Shown here: positions 20,847-30,481 of the stretch, in pieces
Numbering within the stretch: the first letter of the stretch is position 1
Layout of the letters: each line of letters starts with the position of its first letter
Source of the DNA: Cupriavidus necator
GTDB lineage: Bacteria > Pseudomonadota > Gammaproteobacteria > Burkholderiales > Burkholderiaceae
Length of the DNA: 32,000 nt
Direction: 5' to 3'
Assembly: GCF_016127575.1 (NCBI RefSeq)
Contig: NZ_CP066018.1
Span: 2,400,001 to 2,432,000 of the forward strand
Notes under the pieces: model-generated
The model's database searches: none
The model's input: the letters and a program-made list of their open reading frames with translations, nothing else
Told to the model about the DNA's origin: nothing
Position numbers and translations under genes: made by a program

Positions 20847-21695
20847 TCAGGCCAGCGGGTCACAATATTGCGGGCAATCAACCTGAACGACGGTCCGTTC
20901 GGCAGGATCCTGTGCCAACCGGGCCGCCGTCAGCTTGCCACCCCAGACGCAGCCAGTATCCAGCGCCATCAGATTCGGCCGCATGACCAGGCCCAGCGTC
21001 GACCAATGGCCGCATACCACCGTCACATCCCCGGTACGCCGCCCTGGCACGTCGAACCACGGCATGAACCCGTCCGGCGCCTTGCCCAGGCCTTCCTTGG
21101 TCTTGAAGTCCATCACGCCATCGACAGTGCAGTAGCGCAGCCGGGTGAGGGCATTGACCACCACGCGGTGGCGATCAATGCCGCGCAGGCCGTCGTGCCA
21201 GCGGTCGGCGGCGTTGCCGAAGATGTCGGCGAGGAAGCCTTGCCAGTTGGGGCCTTGGAGTTGGTCTTCGACTTCGCGGGCGAGGTCGATGACTTGGGCA
21301 GCGGTCCATTGGGGGAGGACGCCGGCGTGGATTAGGAGGAAGTTGTTTTCTAGCAGGGCGAGGGGGCGGTGGCGGAGCCAAGTGAGTAGATCCTCACAAT
21401 CGGGGGCGGTGAGGATGTCGTCGAGGGTGTCGGACTTGCCTTTCTTACGGACGCCGGCGGCGACTGCGAGGAGGTGGATGTCGTGGTTTCCCAGGACGGT
21501 TTCGGCGCGTGGACCCATGGCATGGACGGTGCGAAGGGTCTGCAAGGAGGAGGGGCCCCGGTTGATCAGGTCGCCGACAAAACGGAGAGGGAGTCCGGAG
21601 GGCAGTTTGGCCAGCAGCGCTTCCAGGGAAGGGGCGCAGCCTTGGAGATCGCCCACGGCATATGGTGATGGATGGGATGGTCTTGGTGTTGTCAT
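20847..21695 (-). CDS. apaH: Bis(5'-nucleosyl)-tetraphosphatase, symmetrical (ApaH)
   Basis: Metallophosphoesterase motifs in ApaH order: [27 protein letters not shown] and CGHW. The ATG at 21695 is preferred over the track start at 21716. Confidence 0.85.
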   Translation of the reverse strand: MTTPRPSHPSPYAVGDLQGCAPSLEALLAKLPSGLPLRFVGDLINRGPSSLQTLRTVHAMGPRAETVLGNHDIHLLAVAAGVRKKGKSDTLDDILTAPDCEDLLTWLRHRPLALLENNFLLIHAGVLPQWTAAQVIDLAREVEDQLQGPNWQGFLADIFGNAADRWHDGLRGIDRHRVVVNALTRLRYCTVDGVMDFKTKEGLGKAPDGFMPWFDVPGRRTGDVTVVCGHWSTLGLVMRPNLMALDTGCVWGGKLTAARLAQDPAERTVVQVDCPQYCDPLA

Positions 21696-21787
21696 CTGGG
21701 TGAACCATATCCGCATCCGAGCCGGTGCCTGTGATCTGAGGCTACCAAACGGGCGGCAGTGAACGTAGGATGGGTCATGTCAGCAGA

Positions 21788-21793
21788 TAGAAT
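21788..21793 (+). promoter_or_regulatory. Possible -10 box (TAGAAT) for the rfb operon
   Basis: TAGAAT lies in the 140-bp apaH/rfbB divergent region, with only a weak -35 (GTAGGA at 17 nt). Speculative. Confidence 0.25.
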
Positions 21794-21892
21794 ACCGTCA
21801 CTTTCGGGCAACGAACGACTAACGGTCCGCCTCGGATGGCGAGAGCCGGCGTGAGTTTGACGTCGAAGCATATTGATTGTCGGGAGCAAACT

Positions 21893-22957
21893 TTGTCGCA
21901 CATTTTGGTCACCGGCGGCGCGGGGTTCATTGGCGCAAACTTTGTTATCGACTGGCTGCGCCAGGAAGGCGCCGCCGGGATCGTCAATGTCGACAAGCTG
22001 ACCTATGCCGGTAACCGAAAGAGCCTTGCCGCGCTCGAGGGCGATGTCCGCCATGTCTTTTTGCAGGCCGATATCTGCGACACCGCGGCTGTAACCGCCT
22101 TGCTCGAAGCGTATCGGCCACGCGCCGTCTTGCATTTTGCTGCGGAAAGCCACGTCGACCGGTCCATAGTCTCTCCGGGCGACTTTGTGCAGACCAATGT
22201 TGTCGGCACGTTTCGGCTGCTTGAAACTGTTCTGGAATACTGGCAGGCACTGGATGCGCCCGCGCGCGCCGCGTTCCGTTTTCTCCATGTCTCGACCGAC
22301 GAGGTATTCGGTTCGCTCGCACCTGCCGATCCCCCGTTTACAGAAGTCTCGCGCTATCTGCCCAACAGCCCATATTCTGCCTCGAAGGCAGCGTCGGACC
22401 ACATGGTACGTGCTTACCATCACACCTACGGCCTGCCAGTATTGACCACGAACTGCTCCAACAATTACGGGCCTTTGCAGTTTCCCGAGAAGCTGATACC
22501 CCTCATGATTACCAACGCGATGGTTGGCAAGCCGCTGCCCGTGTATGGCGATGGGCTCCACGTCCGGGACTGGCTATATGTAGGCGATCATTGCGCAGCC
22601 CTTCGCGAGGTGTTGGCAAGCGGTCAGCCCGGTGCAACCTATAACATCGGCGGCTTGAATGAGAAGACCAATCTGGAAGTCGTGCAGGCGCTGTGCGATC
22701 TGCTGGACGAGGTGAGTCCGAAGACTGCCGGTTCGTATCGCAACCAGATCACGTTCGTCAAGGATCGTCCCGGCCACGACCGACGCTACGCGGTCGACGC
22801 GGGCAAGCTTGCCCGAGAACTGGGGTGGAAGCCGTCGGAAACCTTTGAGTCAGGGTTGCGCAAGACCGTGCAGTGGTACATGCAAAACGCGGAATGGGTC
22901 CAGGACGTGCTGTCGGGCAATTACCGCAACTGGGTAGGCAAGCAATATGTCGCGTAG
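21893..22957 (+). CDS. rfbB: dTDP-glucose 4,6-dehydratase
   Basis: [15 protein letters not shown] Rossmann motif, [26 protein letters not shown] catalytic YxxxK, and RPGHDRRYA. The TTG at 21893 (GGGAG SD 6 nt upstream) gives the family-typical N-terminus MSHILVTGG. The upstream ATG at 21836 is the alternative and would add 19 aa. Confidence 0.9.
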   Translation: MSHILVTGGAGFIGANFVIDWLRQEGAAGIVNVDKLTYAGNRKSLAALEGDVRHVFLQADICDTAAVTALLEAYRPRAVLHFAAESHVDRSIVSPGDFVQTNVVGTFRLLETVLEYWQALDAPARAAFRFLHVSTDEVFGSLAPADPPFTEVSRYLPNSPYSASKAASDHMVRAYHHTYGLPVLTTNCSNNYGPLQFPEKLIPLMITNAMVGKPLPVYGDGLHVRDWLYVGDHCAALREVLASGQPGATYNIGGLNEKTNLEVVQALCDLLDEVSPKTAGSYRNQITFVKDRPGHDRRYAVDAGKLARELGWKPSETFESGLRKTVQWYMQNAEWVQDVLSGNYRNWVGKQYVA

Positions 22958-23874
22958 CCAGGAATTTCCCACGATCCTCTTGACCGGCAGCAACGGGCAG
23001 GTCGGGTTTGAGCTGCGCCGCAGCCTGGCGCCGCTGGGGCGCATCGTGGCGCTTGACCGGTCAGCCTGCGACCTTGCGGATCCGGCCCAGATTCGTCGTG
23101 CCATACGCCAGTCCCGGCCCGACGCGATCGTCAATGCGGCGGCATATACGGCCGTGGACAAGGCGGAAACCGAAGCCGATCTTGCCTTTGCGATCAATGC
23201 TACGGCTGTAGCAGTGATGGCCGAAGAGGCGCGCCGCCTGGGGACATTGCTCGTCCACTATTCCACCGACTATGTGTTTGACGGCCGCAAGGATGGCCTC
23301 TATTTGGAGACCGACCCCGTCAATCCTCTGTCCGAGTATGGAAAGAGCAAGGTGGCTGGCGAAGAATCCATCCTTGCTGCAGGTGTCGCTTCGCTGATCC
23401 TGCGGACGTCGTGGGTGGCTGGCGCGCACGGTAAAAATTTTGCCACGACGATACTCGGCCTAGCCCGCGAGCGACGCGAACTGCGTGTGGCTGCAGATCA
23501 GCATGGTGCACCGACCTCCGCTTCCCTAATCGCCGACGTGACCGCGCAGATCCTTGCGCGCCACTGGCTTTTCAGCAACCGCGATACATTCCCCGCGGGT
23601 ATCTATCATCTTGCCGCCTCGGGTGAGACCACCTGGCATGCCTATGCCACGGAAGTCTTGCGCCATGCCGCTTCCCATGGCGTCGTGCTGAAAATCAGGC
23701 CGGAGGATATCCAGGGCATTCCAGCGGCCGAGTATTATTCCGCGGCAGCACCCCGGCCGGCAAACTCTCGCCTGGACACCACCAAGTTGCGCAAGACCTT
23801 CGGCATCCATCTTCCGTCGTGGGAAGAGGGGGTGCGCCACCTGCTGGACCAGATCCTGACCAAGCGAGCTCTCC

Positions 23875-23882
<8 letters not shown>
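22947..23882 (+). CDS. rfbD: dTDP-4-dehydrorhamnose reductase (311 aa)
   Basis: [42 protein letters not shown] and LRTSWV. It overlaps the rfbB stop by 11 nt. Confidence 0.9.
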
Positions 23883-24749
<867 letters not shown>

Positions 24750-24753
<4 letters not shown>

Positions 24754-25301
24754 AGATCACAATCACGCCCACGGCACTGCCAGAGGTGCTTGTCATCGAG
24801 CCACAGGTGTTCAGCGACCAGCGCGGCTTTTTCATGGAAACCTTCAATGCCCAGGCCTTCGAGCAGGCTACTGGCATCCGTCGCACTTTTGTCCAGGACA
24901 ACCATTCCGGCTCGGTGCGCAATGTGCTGAGGGGGCTCCACTATCAGATACAGCATCCACAGGGCAAGCTGATTCGCGTGATTGCTGGCGAGGTATTCGA
25001 CGTCGCAGTCGATGTCCGGCTGGGCTCACCCACATACGGCAAGTGGGTAGGCGTAACGGTTTCGGCAGCAGACAAGAAGCAACTTTGGATACCCGAGGGC
25101 TTTGCGCACGGGTTCCTGGTCTTGTCGGAACATGCCGAAGTCCTCTATAAGACGACTGACTACTGGTACCCTGAGCACGAGCGGACGCTGTTGTGGAACG
25201 ATCCCGCGGTCGGTGTGCGTTGGCCGCTCAACGGGGCGCCGCTCCTTACCGCCAAGGATGCGGCGGGGAAGCTTCTGACCGAGGCTGACGTCTCTTGCTG
25301 A
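24750..25301 (+). CDS. rfbC: dTDP-4-dehydrorhamnose 3,5-epimerase (183 aa)
   Basis: [49 protein letters not shown] and YKTTDYW. ATGA overlap with the rfbA stop. Confidence 0.95.
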
Positions 25302-25690
25302 GCTGTCGGCGACTGAGCGGATTCATCACCTGCAATGCGTGCGTGCATCAGGACCGATCACCGGAACCTGGGAACGCTCCTTGCTCCGACCATCCGTATC
25401 GATGGCGATTCTGTAAGTGGGTGTATCGTTAAATGCGGACCGTGTGTGCTTTAATAGGCACTCATCGGTCGCATTTTGCGAATTTTGGCGCTCCGTTCTG
25501 CCGCAGCACGGCCCCCAAGCCATACAATGCGCTCCCATTGAGCGCGCTAGCAACATAGTGCGATCTTGGCAAGAGGCATTGGCCTATTTGCCTTCAACGT
25601 TACAGATGGCAAGACAAAATTACATGGGTCTTACAGGGCTGCGAGAGCGCTCCGTTACAATTCGCCCCTGAGACTAAAAAGTGGTCAATC

Positions 25691-27130
25691 ATGCAAATCA
25701 TTCCAGTCATTATCTCCGGTGGTGCAGGCACCCGGCTCTGGCCGGTTTCCCGTGAGGCATTCCCCAAGCCGCTGCTTAAGCTTGCAGATGGTGAAAGTCT
25801 GCTGCAGAAGACTTTTAAGCGGGCAACTCTGTTTGAGGATGTGCCGGAGGTGGTGGTGGTCACTAACCGGGAGACCTTCTTCCTGACGCGGGATGAGTGC
25901 CAGGAGGTGAATGAGGACCATATTCCACTGGGATTCGTGCTGGAGCCGTTTGGCCGGAATACGGCGGGGGCAGTGGCTTCCGCGGCTTGCTGGGTCAAGA
26001 AACATCACGGCGAGGACGCCGTGATGCTGGTTTTGCCGGCGGATCATTTGATTGAGGATCCGGAGCAGTTCCAGGCCGCAGTGAATGCTGCTGCGGCCGC
26101 CGCTGCGGAAGGACGTATCGTCACATTCGGCATCCGTCCGACCGCGCCGGAGACCGGCTATGGCTATATCGAATTCGACAACGAGAAGGGGTTGGACGGG
26201 GTACACCCCGTGGTTCGCTTCGTCGAGAAGCCGAAACTCGAAGTAGCCGAGGCGCTGGTGGCAGGCGGCTCACATCTGTGGAACTCCGGGATGTTCTGCT
26301 TCAGCGTGAAGACCATCCTCAAGGATTTCACCCGTTTCACTCCGGAACTGCTCCACGCATGCGAGAGCAGCTTTGCTGCTGGTGCTGTATTGACCGCCGA
26401 CGGATGTCGTTCGCTCGAACTCGAGCCCGGTCAGTTCAAGCGCGTCACGGATATCTCTATCGACTACGCGATCATGGAAAAATCGGATCGCGTTTCGGTC
26501 GTGCCGAGCAATATGGGGTGGAGCGATATTGGGTCCTGGCATTCCATCAGCGAACTGACGGCGCCGGACTCGCAGGGCAATCGTATCTATGGCGATGCGC
26601 TGCTGCATGGCGTCAGCAATTGCTATATCAAGAGCGATGATCGCGTGGTTGGCGCTGTGGGTGTGGATAACCTGATCATTGTCGACACGCCGGATGCGCT
26701 GTTGGTGGCCAACCGGGACTGCACCCAGGACGTCAAGCATATCGTCGGGCAACTGAAGAAGAACGGGCACGACAGCTACAAGATCCACAAGACTGCGCAT
26801 CGCCCCTGGGGAACCTACACGGTGCTCGAGGAGAGCGACCGCTTCAAGATCAAGCGCATCGTCGTCAAGCCGGGTGCCCAGTTGTCGCTGCAGATGCATT
26901 ACCATCGCAGCGAGCACTGGATCGTGGTGAGCGGCACTGCTGACGTCGTCAACGGCGAGCAGATAATTTCCCTTCAGCCTAATCAATCGACTTACATTCC
27001 GGCAGGCCACAAGCACCGGCTGATCAACCCCGGCGTGATGGACCTCGTGCTGATCGAAGTCCAGTGTGGCGAATACCTGGGCGAGGATGACATCGTACGC
27101 TTCGCGGATACTTACGGCCGGGCTGGGTAA
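25691..27130 (+). CDS. manC: Bifunctional mannose-1-phosphate guanylyltransferase / mannose-6-phosphate isomerase, type II (479 aa)
   Basis: N-terminal nucleotidyltransferase motif (VIISGGAGTRLWPVSR, GYGYIE) and a C-terminal cupin (RPWGTYTVLEE, VKPGAQLSLQMHYHRSEHWIVVSGTA, IPAGHKHRLINPG). Confidence 0.9.
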   Translation: MQIIPVIISGGAGTRLWPVSREAFPKPLLKLADGESLLQKTFKRATLFEDVPEVVVVTNRETFFLTRDECQEVNEDHIPLGFVLEPFGRNTAGAVASAACWVKKHHGEDAVMLVLPADHLIEDPEQFQAAVNAAAAAAAEGRIVTFGIRPTAPETGYGYIEFDNEKGLDGVHPVVRFVEKPKLEVAEALVAGGSHLWNSGMFCFSVKTILKDFTRFTPELLHACESSFAAGAVLTADGCRSLELEPGQFKRVTDISIDYAIMEKSDRVSVVPSNMGWSDIGSWHSISELTAPDSQGNRIYGDALLHGVSNCYIKSDDRVVGAVGVDNLIIVDTPDALLVANRDCTQDVKHIVGQLKKNGHDSYKIHKTAHRPWGTYTVLEESDRFKIKRIVVKPGAQLSLQMHYHRSEHWIVVSGTADVVNGEQIISLQPNQSTYIPAGHKHRLINPGVMDLVLIEVQCGEYLGEDDIVRFADTYGRAG

Positions 27131-27927
27131 TGGCGATTGGTTTGATTCGATCCGCGTGGAATTATCGCGGTTTTATTGGCGGCAGCGTCAGGAGAGAGTT
27201 TCAGTCCCGCTACCGCAATTCGATGCTGGGCGCAGCTTGGATGATCATCAACCCGCTGGCGATGATCATTGTGTACACGGTGATCTTCTCCCAGATGATG
27301 CGCGCGCGGCTGCCGGGCGTGGACAGTCACCTCGGCTATAGCATCTATCTCTGTGCCGGCACGCTTACCTGGGCCTTTTTTGCCGAAGTCCTTAGCCGCG
27401 CGCAGAATGTCTTTCTGGAGCAGGCGAACCTGATCAAGAAGATCAGCTTTCCGCGCATTTGCCTGCCGATCATCGTTGTGCTGAATGCCGGGTTGAATTT
27501 CGCGATTATTTTCTCGCTGTTCGTGGCGTTCCTGCTGGCATCCGGGAGTTTTCCGGGATGGATTTTCCTGGCAATTTTCCCGGTGTTGGCTCTACAGGTG
27601 ATGTTCTCCATTGGCCTAGGCATCATCCTTGGCGTGCTCAATGTATTCTTTCGCGACGTCGGCCAACTGATGGGCGTGGTGCTGCAGTTCTGGTTCTGGC
27701 TGACCCCGATCGTCTATCCGCTGACGGTGCTGCCCGAGGCGGTGCGGCCGTTTGTGGAACTGAACCCGATGACGCCCATCGTCAGCGCCTACCAGTCCGT
27801 GCTGGTGCGGGGCGTGGCACCTGACTGGTCGAGCCTGATTCCGATGCTGGTGCTGGCCACAGTGCTGTGCCTGGTTGGGATGGCTCTGTTCCGCAAGCGC
27901 TCTGGTGAAATGGTGGATGAACTGTAA
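27130..27927 (+). CDS. wzm: ABC-2 type polysaccharide export permease (Wzm-like, 265 aa)
   Basis: Six predicted TM segments, and an N-terminal REFQSRYRNSMLGAAWMIINP motif typical of ABC-2 O-antigen/teichoic exporters. TAATG junctions with manC upstream and wzt downstream. Confidence 0.85.
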   Translation: MAIGLIRSAWNYRGFIGGSVRREFQSRYRNSMLGAAWMIINPLAMIIVYTVIFSQMMRARLPGVDSHLGYSIYLCAGTLTWAFFAEVLSRAQNVFLEQANLIKKISFPRICLPIIVVLNAGLNFAIIFSLFVAFLLASGSFPGWIFLAIFPVLALQVMFSIGLGIILGVLNVFFRDVGQLMGVVLQFWFWLTPIVYPLTVLPEAVRPFVELNPMTPIVSAYQSVLVRGVAPDWSSLIPMLVLATVLCLVGMALFRKRSGEMVDEL

Positions 27928-29198
27928 TGGGCGCCATTGTCGTTAACCAGGTAGGCAAGGCCTACAAGCAATATCCGACACGCTGGTCGCGTCTCGGGGA
28001 ATGGCTCTTGCCGTTCAGCAAGGCGCGGCACTCGCTGCGCTGGGTGTTGCGAGATATCTCGTTCACCGTTGCGCCGGGAGAGGCAGTAGGCATTATCGGC
28101 ATCAACGGGGCGGGCAAGAGTACGCTGCTAAAGATGATCACCGGCACCACGGCGCCGACCATTGGCAATATCTCGATCCAGGGTCGGGTGGCGGCCATGC
28201 TCGAACTTGGCATGGGCTTTCATCCGGATTTCACCGGGCGGCAGAATGTCGTGATGGCTGGCCAACTGCTCGGCATGAGCGCGGGCGAAGTGACTGCGCT
28301 GATGCCTGAGATCGAGGCCTTCGCGGAAATCGGCGACTATATCGACCAGCCGGTAAGAATGTATTCAAGCGGCATGCAGATGCGGCTTGCGTTCAGCCTC
28401 GCCACCGCGAAGCGCCCGGACGTGCTCATCGTGGACGAGGCGCTATCGGTCGGGGATGCCTATTTCCAGCACAAGAGCTTTGATCGTATCCGTGCATTTC
28501 GCGAGCAGGGAACGACGCTGCTGATCGTTTCGCATGACAAGGCGGCGATTCAGTCCATTTGCGATCGAGCGATATTGCTCGATGCTGGCCACGTGGCAAA
28601 GGAAGGCGCACCTGAAGCGGTGATGGACTTCTATAACGCGATGCTGGCAGCTCGGGAAAACCAGACCGTCGCGCAGAATGTCCTCGACGACGGCAAGGTA
28701 CAAACGGTCTCCGGCACCGGAGAAGCGACCGTTGCCGACATCGCTTTGCTGGATGCGGACGGGCGCCGCGTGGAGGTGATTGACGTCGGTACGCCCGTGA
28801 CCCTGGAGGTGCGCGTTGCGGTAAGGGCGCCGATTGAACGTCTGGTGCTTGGCTACATGATCAAGGACCGCCTCGGTCAACCTATCTACGGCACCAATAC
28901 CGATTTGAAGAGTTGTCCCCTGCGCGATGTTCAGGAGGGCGATCGGATAATGTATCAGTTTTCCTTTCCAGCAAATCTGGGGCCCGGAAGTTATTCAATT
29001 GCCACTGCGCTCTGCAGCAGCGAGACCCATCTCGACAACAATTATGAATGGCGTGATCTGGCGCTCGTGTTCAACGTGGTGAACCTAGGCCGGCCGCATT
29101 TCGTGGGTTGCGCGTGGCTCGATCCCAAGATCTCAATCGTCCGGGATGCGCCCCTCGCGTCCGCGCAGGTAACGGAACCCATGCTGAACAGAGGCTGA
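27927..29198 (+). CDS. wzt: Polysaccharide export ABC ATPase (Wzt-like, 423 aa) with ~160-aa C-terminal extension
   Basis: Walker A GINGAGKST, signature YSSGMQMRL, Walker B VLIVDEA, and the H-loop region SHD. After ~aa 250 comes a beta-rich extension (ATVADIALLDADGRRVEVIDVGTPVTLEVRV, GYMIKDRLGQPIYGTNT, GSYSIATAL) that resembles Wzt C-terminal glycan-binding domains. Confidence 0.85.
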   Translation: MGAIVVNQVGKAYKQYPTRWSRLGEWLLPFSKARHSLRWVLRDISFTVAPGEAVGIIGINGAGKSTLLKMITGTTAPTIGNISIQGRVAAMLELGMGFHPDFTGRQNVVMAGQLLGMSAGEVTALMPEIEAFAEIGDYIDQPVRMYSSGMQMRLAFSLATAKRPDVLIVDEALSVGDAYFQHKSFDRIRAFREQGTTLLIVSHDKAAIQSICDRAILLDAGHVAKEGAPEAVMDFYNAMLAARENQTVAQNVLDDGKVQTVSGTGEATVADIALLDADGRRVEVIDVGTPVTLEVRVAVRAPIERLVLGYMIKDRLGQPIYGTNTDLKSCPLRDVQEGDRIMYQFSFPANLGPGSYSIATALCSSETHLDNNYEWRDLALVFNVVNLGRPHFVGCAWLDPKISIVRDAPLASAQVTEPMLNRG

Positions 29199-29233
29199 GC
29201 GCGCGCTCATCTCCTATCTCCGAATCTAGTTTG

Positions 29234-30481
29234 ATGACCATCACTTCGTACGCTCAGAATTTTGAGGATGTCATACTCTGGCGCGCCTTCAGGGATGTGC
29301 CCACGGGTTTCTATGTGGATGTCGGTGCGAACGATCCTGACGATGACTCCGTAACGAGGCTCTTCTACGAGCGCGGATGGTCGGGTATCAATATCGAGCC
29401 CGAACGGGGATTCTGGCGGCGTCTTTGTGAGGCGCGGCCGCGGGACACGAACCTGGCCGTCGCTGTCGGGGAATCGCAGGGGTCGCTGCAATTCCACTCA
29501 GTGCCAGTACGCGGCCTGTCCACGCTGGATGAAGCGATTGCCGCCGCTTACCGGGCCAGTGGCATGAAGGTGATATCGCAGGAGGTCGAGGTGGAAACCC
29601 TCTCGGCGCTCCTGGAGCGATACGCGAGCAATCGTACGATCCATTTTCTCAAGATCGATGTCGAGGGTGCGGAAGCAAGCGTACTCAAGGGGCTCGATCT
29701 GCGTGCGTGGCGACCGTGGGTGCTAGTGGTGGAGGCGACACGGCCGAACAGCACTGAGGAAAACTATGCCCTGTGGGAACCTTCCTTGCTGGCCAATGGG
29801 TATCGCTTTGCCTATTTCGACGGCCTGAACCGCTTTTACGTTGCCGAGGAGCATGAAAGCTTGCGGCAGAAACTCGCCACACCGCCGAATGTCCTCGACG
29901 ACTTTGTCATCGATCGCATGGTCACGGCAGGTCGCCATATCGAGCGAGCTCATCTCAGGCCGGCCATGGATCGCCTGATCGACCAGGCCGCGCGTCAAGA
30001 GCAGCGCCTCGGCGAATCCGAGCTCAGCCTAGCGCGGCTGGAAGGCGAGCTTGCGCAGAAGACGGAACTGTTCTCGACGGAGCTGGAGCGCGGGGCAATG
30101 GAGCGAAGAGCGCTTCTTGCACGCCTGGAGGCGATCCACGCCAGCACTTCCTGGCGTATCACTGCGCCGATGCGCATGGCAATGCGTGCACTGCGCGCAC
30201 TTGCGCGACCGAAGTCCAGCATGAAGTCGGGACTGAAGATCGTGATCAGGAAGGCCGTGCCGATCGTGCTTGACCAGGTCTGGCTGCGTCCGATTCTGAG
30301 GCGGGTCGCTGCTCGATTCCCGGGGCCCTGGGACTGGCTGATGCGTCGCATCCGCGGGGTGATTGTTGAAACGCCCGCTGCCCCTGTCGCGCCTCGCCTT
30401 TCGGAGGAGGCGCTCCTGTTCAAGGCTGCCCTCACCAAACGACTGGCAGGCAAGCGCAATATGGTGGGAGGCAGCTTCTGA
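29234..30481 (+). CDS. FkbM-family SAM-dependent methyltransferase fused to a coiled-coil / basic C-terminal region (415 aa)
   Basis: SYAQNFEDVILWRAF, the YVDVGANDPDD SAM-binding loop, and FLKIDVEGAEASVLKG (FkbM hallmark). From ~aa 245 there is a Leu/Glu/Arg heptad-like stretch (QEQRLGESELSLARLEGELAQKTELFSTELERGAMERRALLARLEAI), then STSWRITAPMR and an Arg/Lys-rich tail. The track ORF start at 29108 would overlap wzt by 90 nt, so the ATG at 29234 is preferred. Confidence 0.75.
   Translation: MTITSYAQNFEDVILWRAFRDVPTGFYVDVGANDPDDDSVTRLFYERGWSGINIEPERGFWRRLCEARPRDTNLAVAVGESQGSLQFHSVPVRGLSTLDEAIAAAYRASGMKVISQEVEVETLSALLERYASNRTIHFLKIDVEGAEASVLKGLDLRAWRPWVLVVEATRPNSTEENYALWEPSLLANGYRFAYFDGLNRFYVAEEHESLRQKLATPPNVLDDFVIDRMVTAGRHIERAHLRPAMDRLIDQAARQEQRLGESELSLARLEGELAQKTELFSTELERGAMERRALLARLEAIHASTSWRITAPMRMAMRALRALARPKSSMKSGLKIVIRKAVPIVLDQVWLRPILRRVAARFPGPWDWLMRRIRGVIVETPAAPVAPRLSEEALLFKAALTKRLAGKRNMVGGSF

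Noticed and set aside
21752-21759. GGCGGCAG, one mismatch from the ops/JUMPstart core GGCGGTAG, in the 5' region of the rfb operon.
   Set aside because: An 8-mer with a mismatch made only of G/C-rich bases is expected by chance in this genome. The flanking JUMPstart context does not match. As far as I recall, RfaH/ops control is mainly documented in Gammaproteobacteria (unverified). It is worth a glance only if a NusG paralogue (RfaH-like) is found in the genome.
25567-25583. TGGCAAGAGGCATTGGC, resembling a sigma-54 -24/-12 element upstream of manC.
   Set aside because: The GG-to-GC spacing is off by one relative to the TGGCAC-N5-TTGC consensus, and the -12 element reads TTGG rather than TTGC. 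No enhancer-binding protein gene is nearby.
25326-25671. Small ORFs in the rfbC-manC spacer (76 aa on the minus strand, 84 aa on the plus strand).
   Set aside because: They have no RBS, no recognisable motifs and atypical composition. The spacer is more plausibly non-coding regulatory or junction DNA.
29108-29233. Upstream start for the FkbM methyltransferase ORF, overlapping wzt by 90 nt.
   Set aside because: The family-typical N-terminus (SYAQNFEDV) begins right after the ATG at 29234. The extension is Arg/Ser/Ala-rich (MRVARSQDLNRPGCAPRVRAGNG...) with no recognisable motif, and it lies inside the wzt coding frame.
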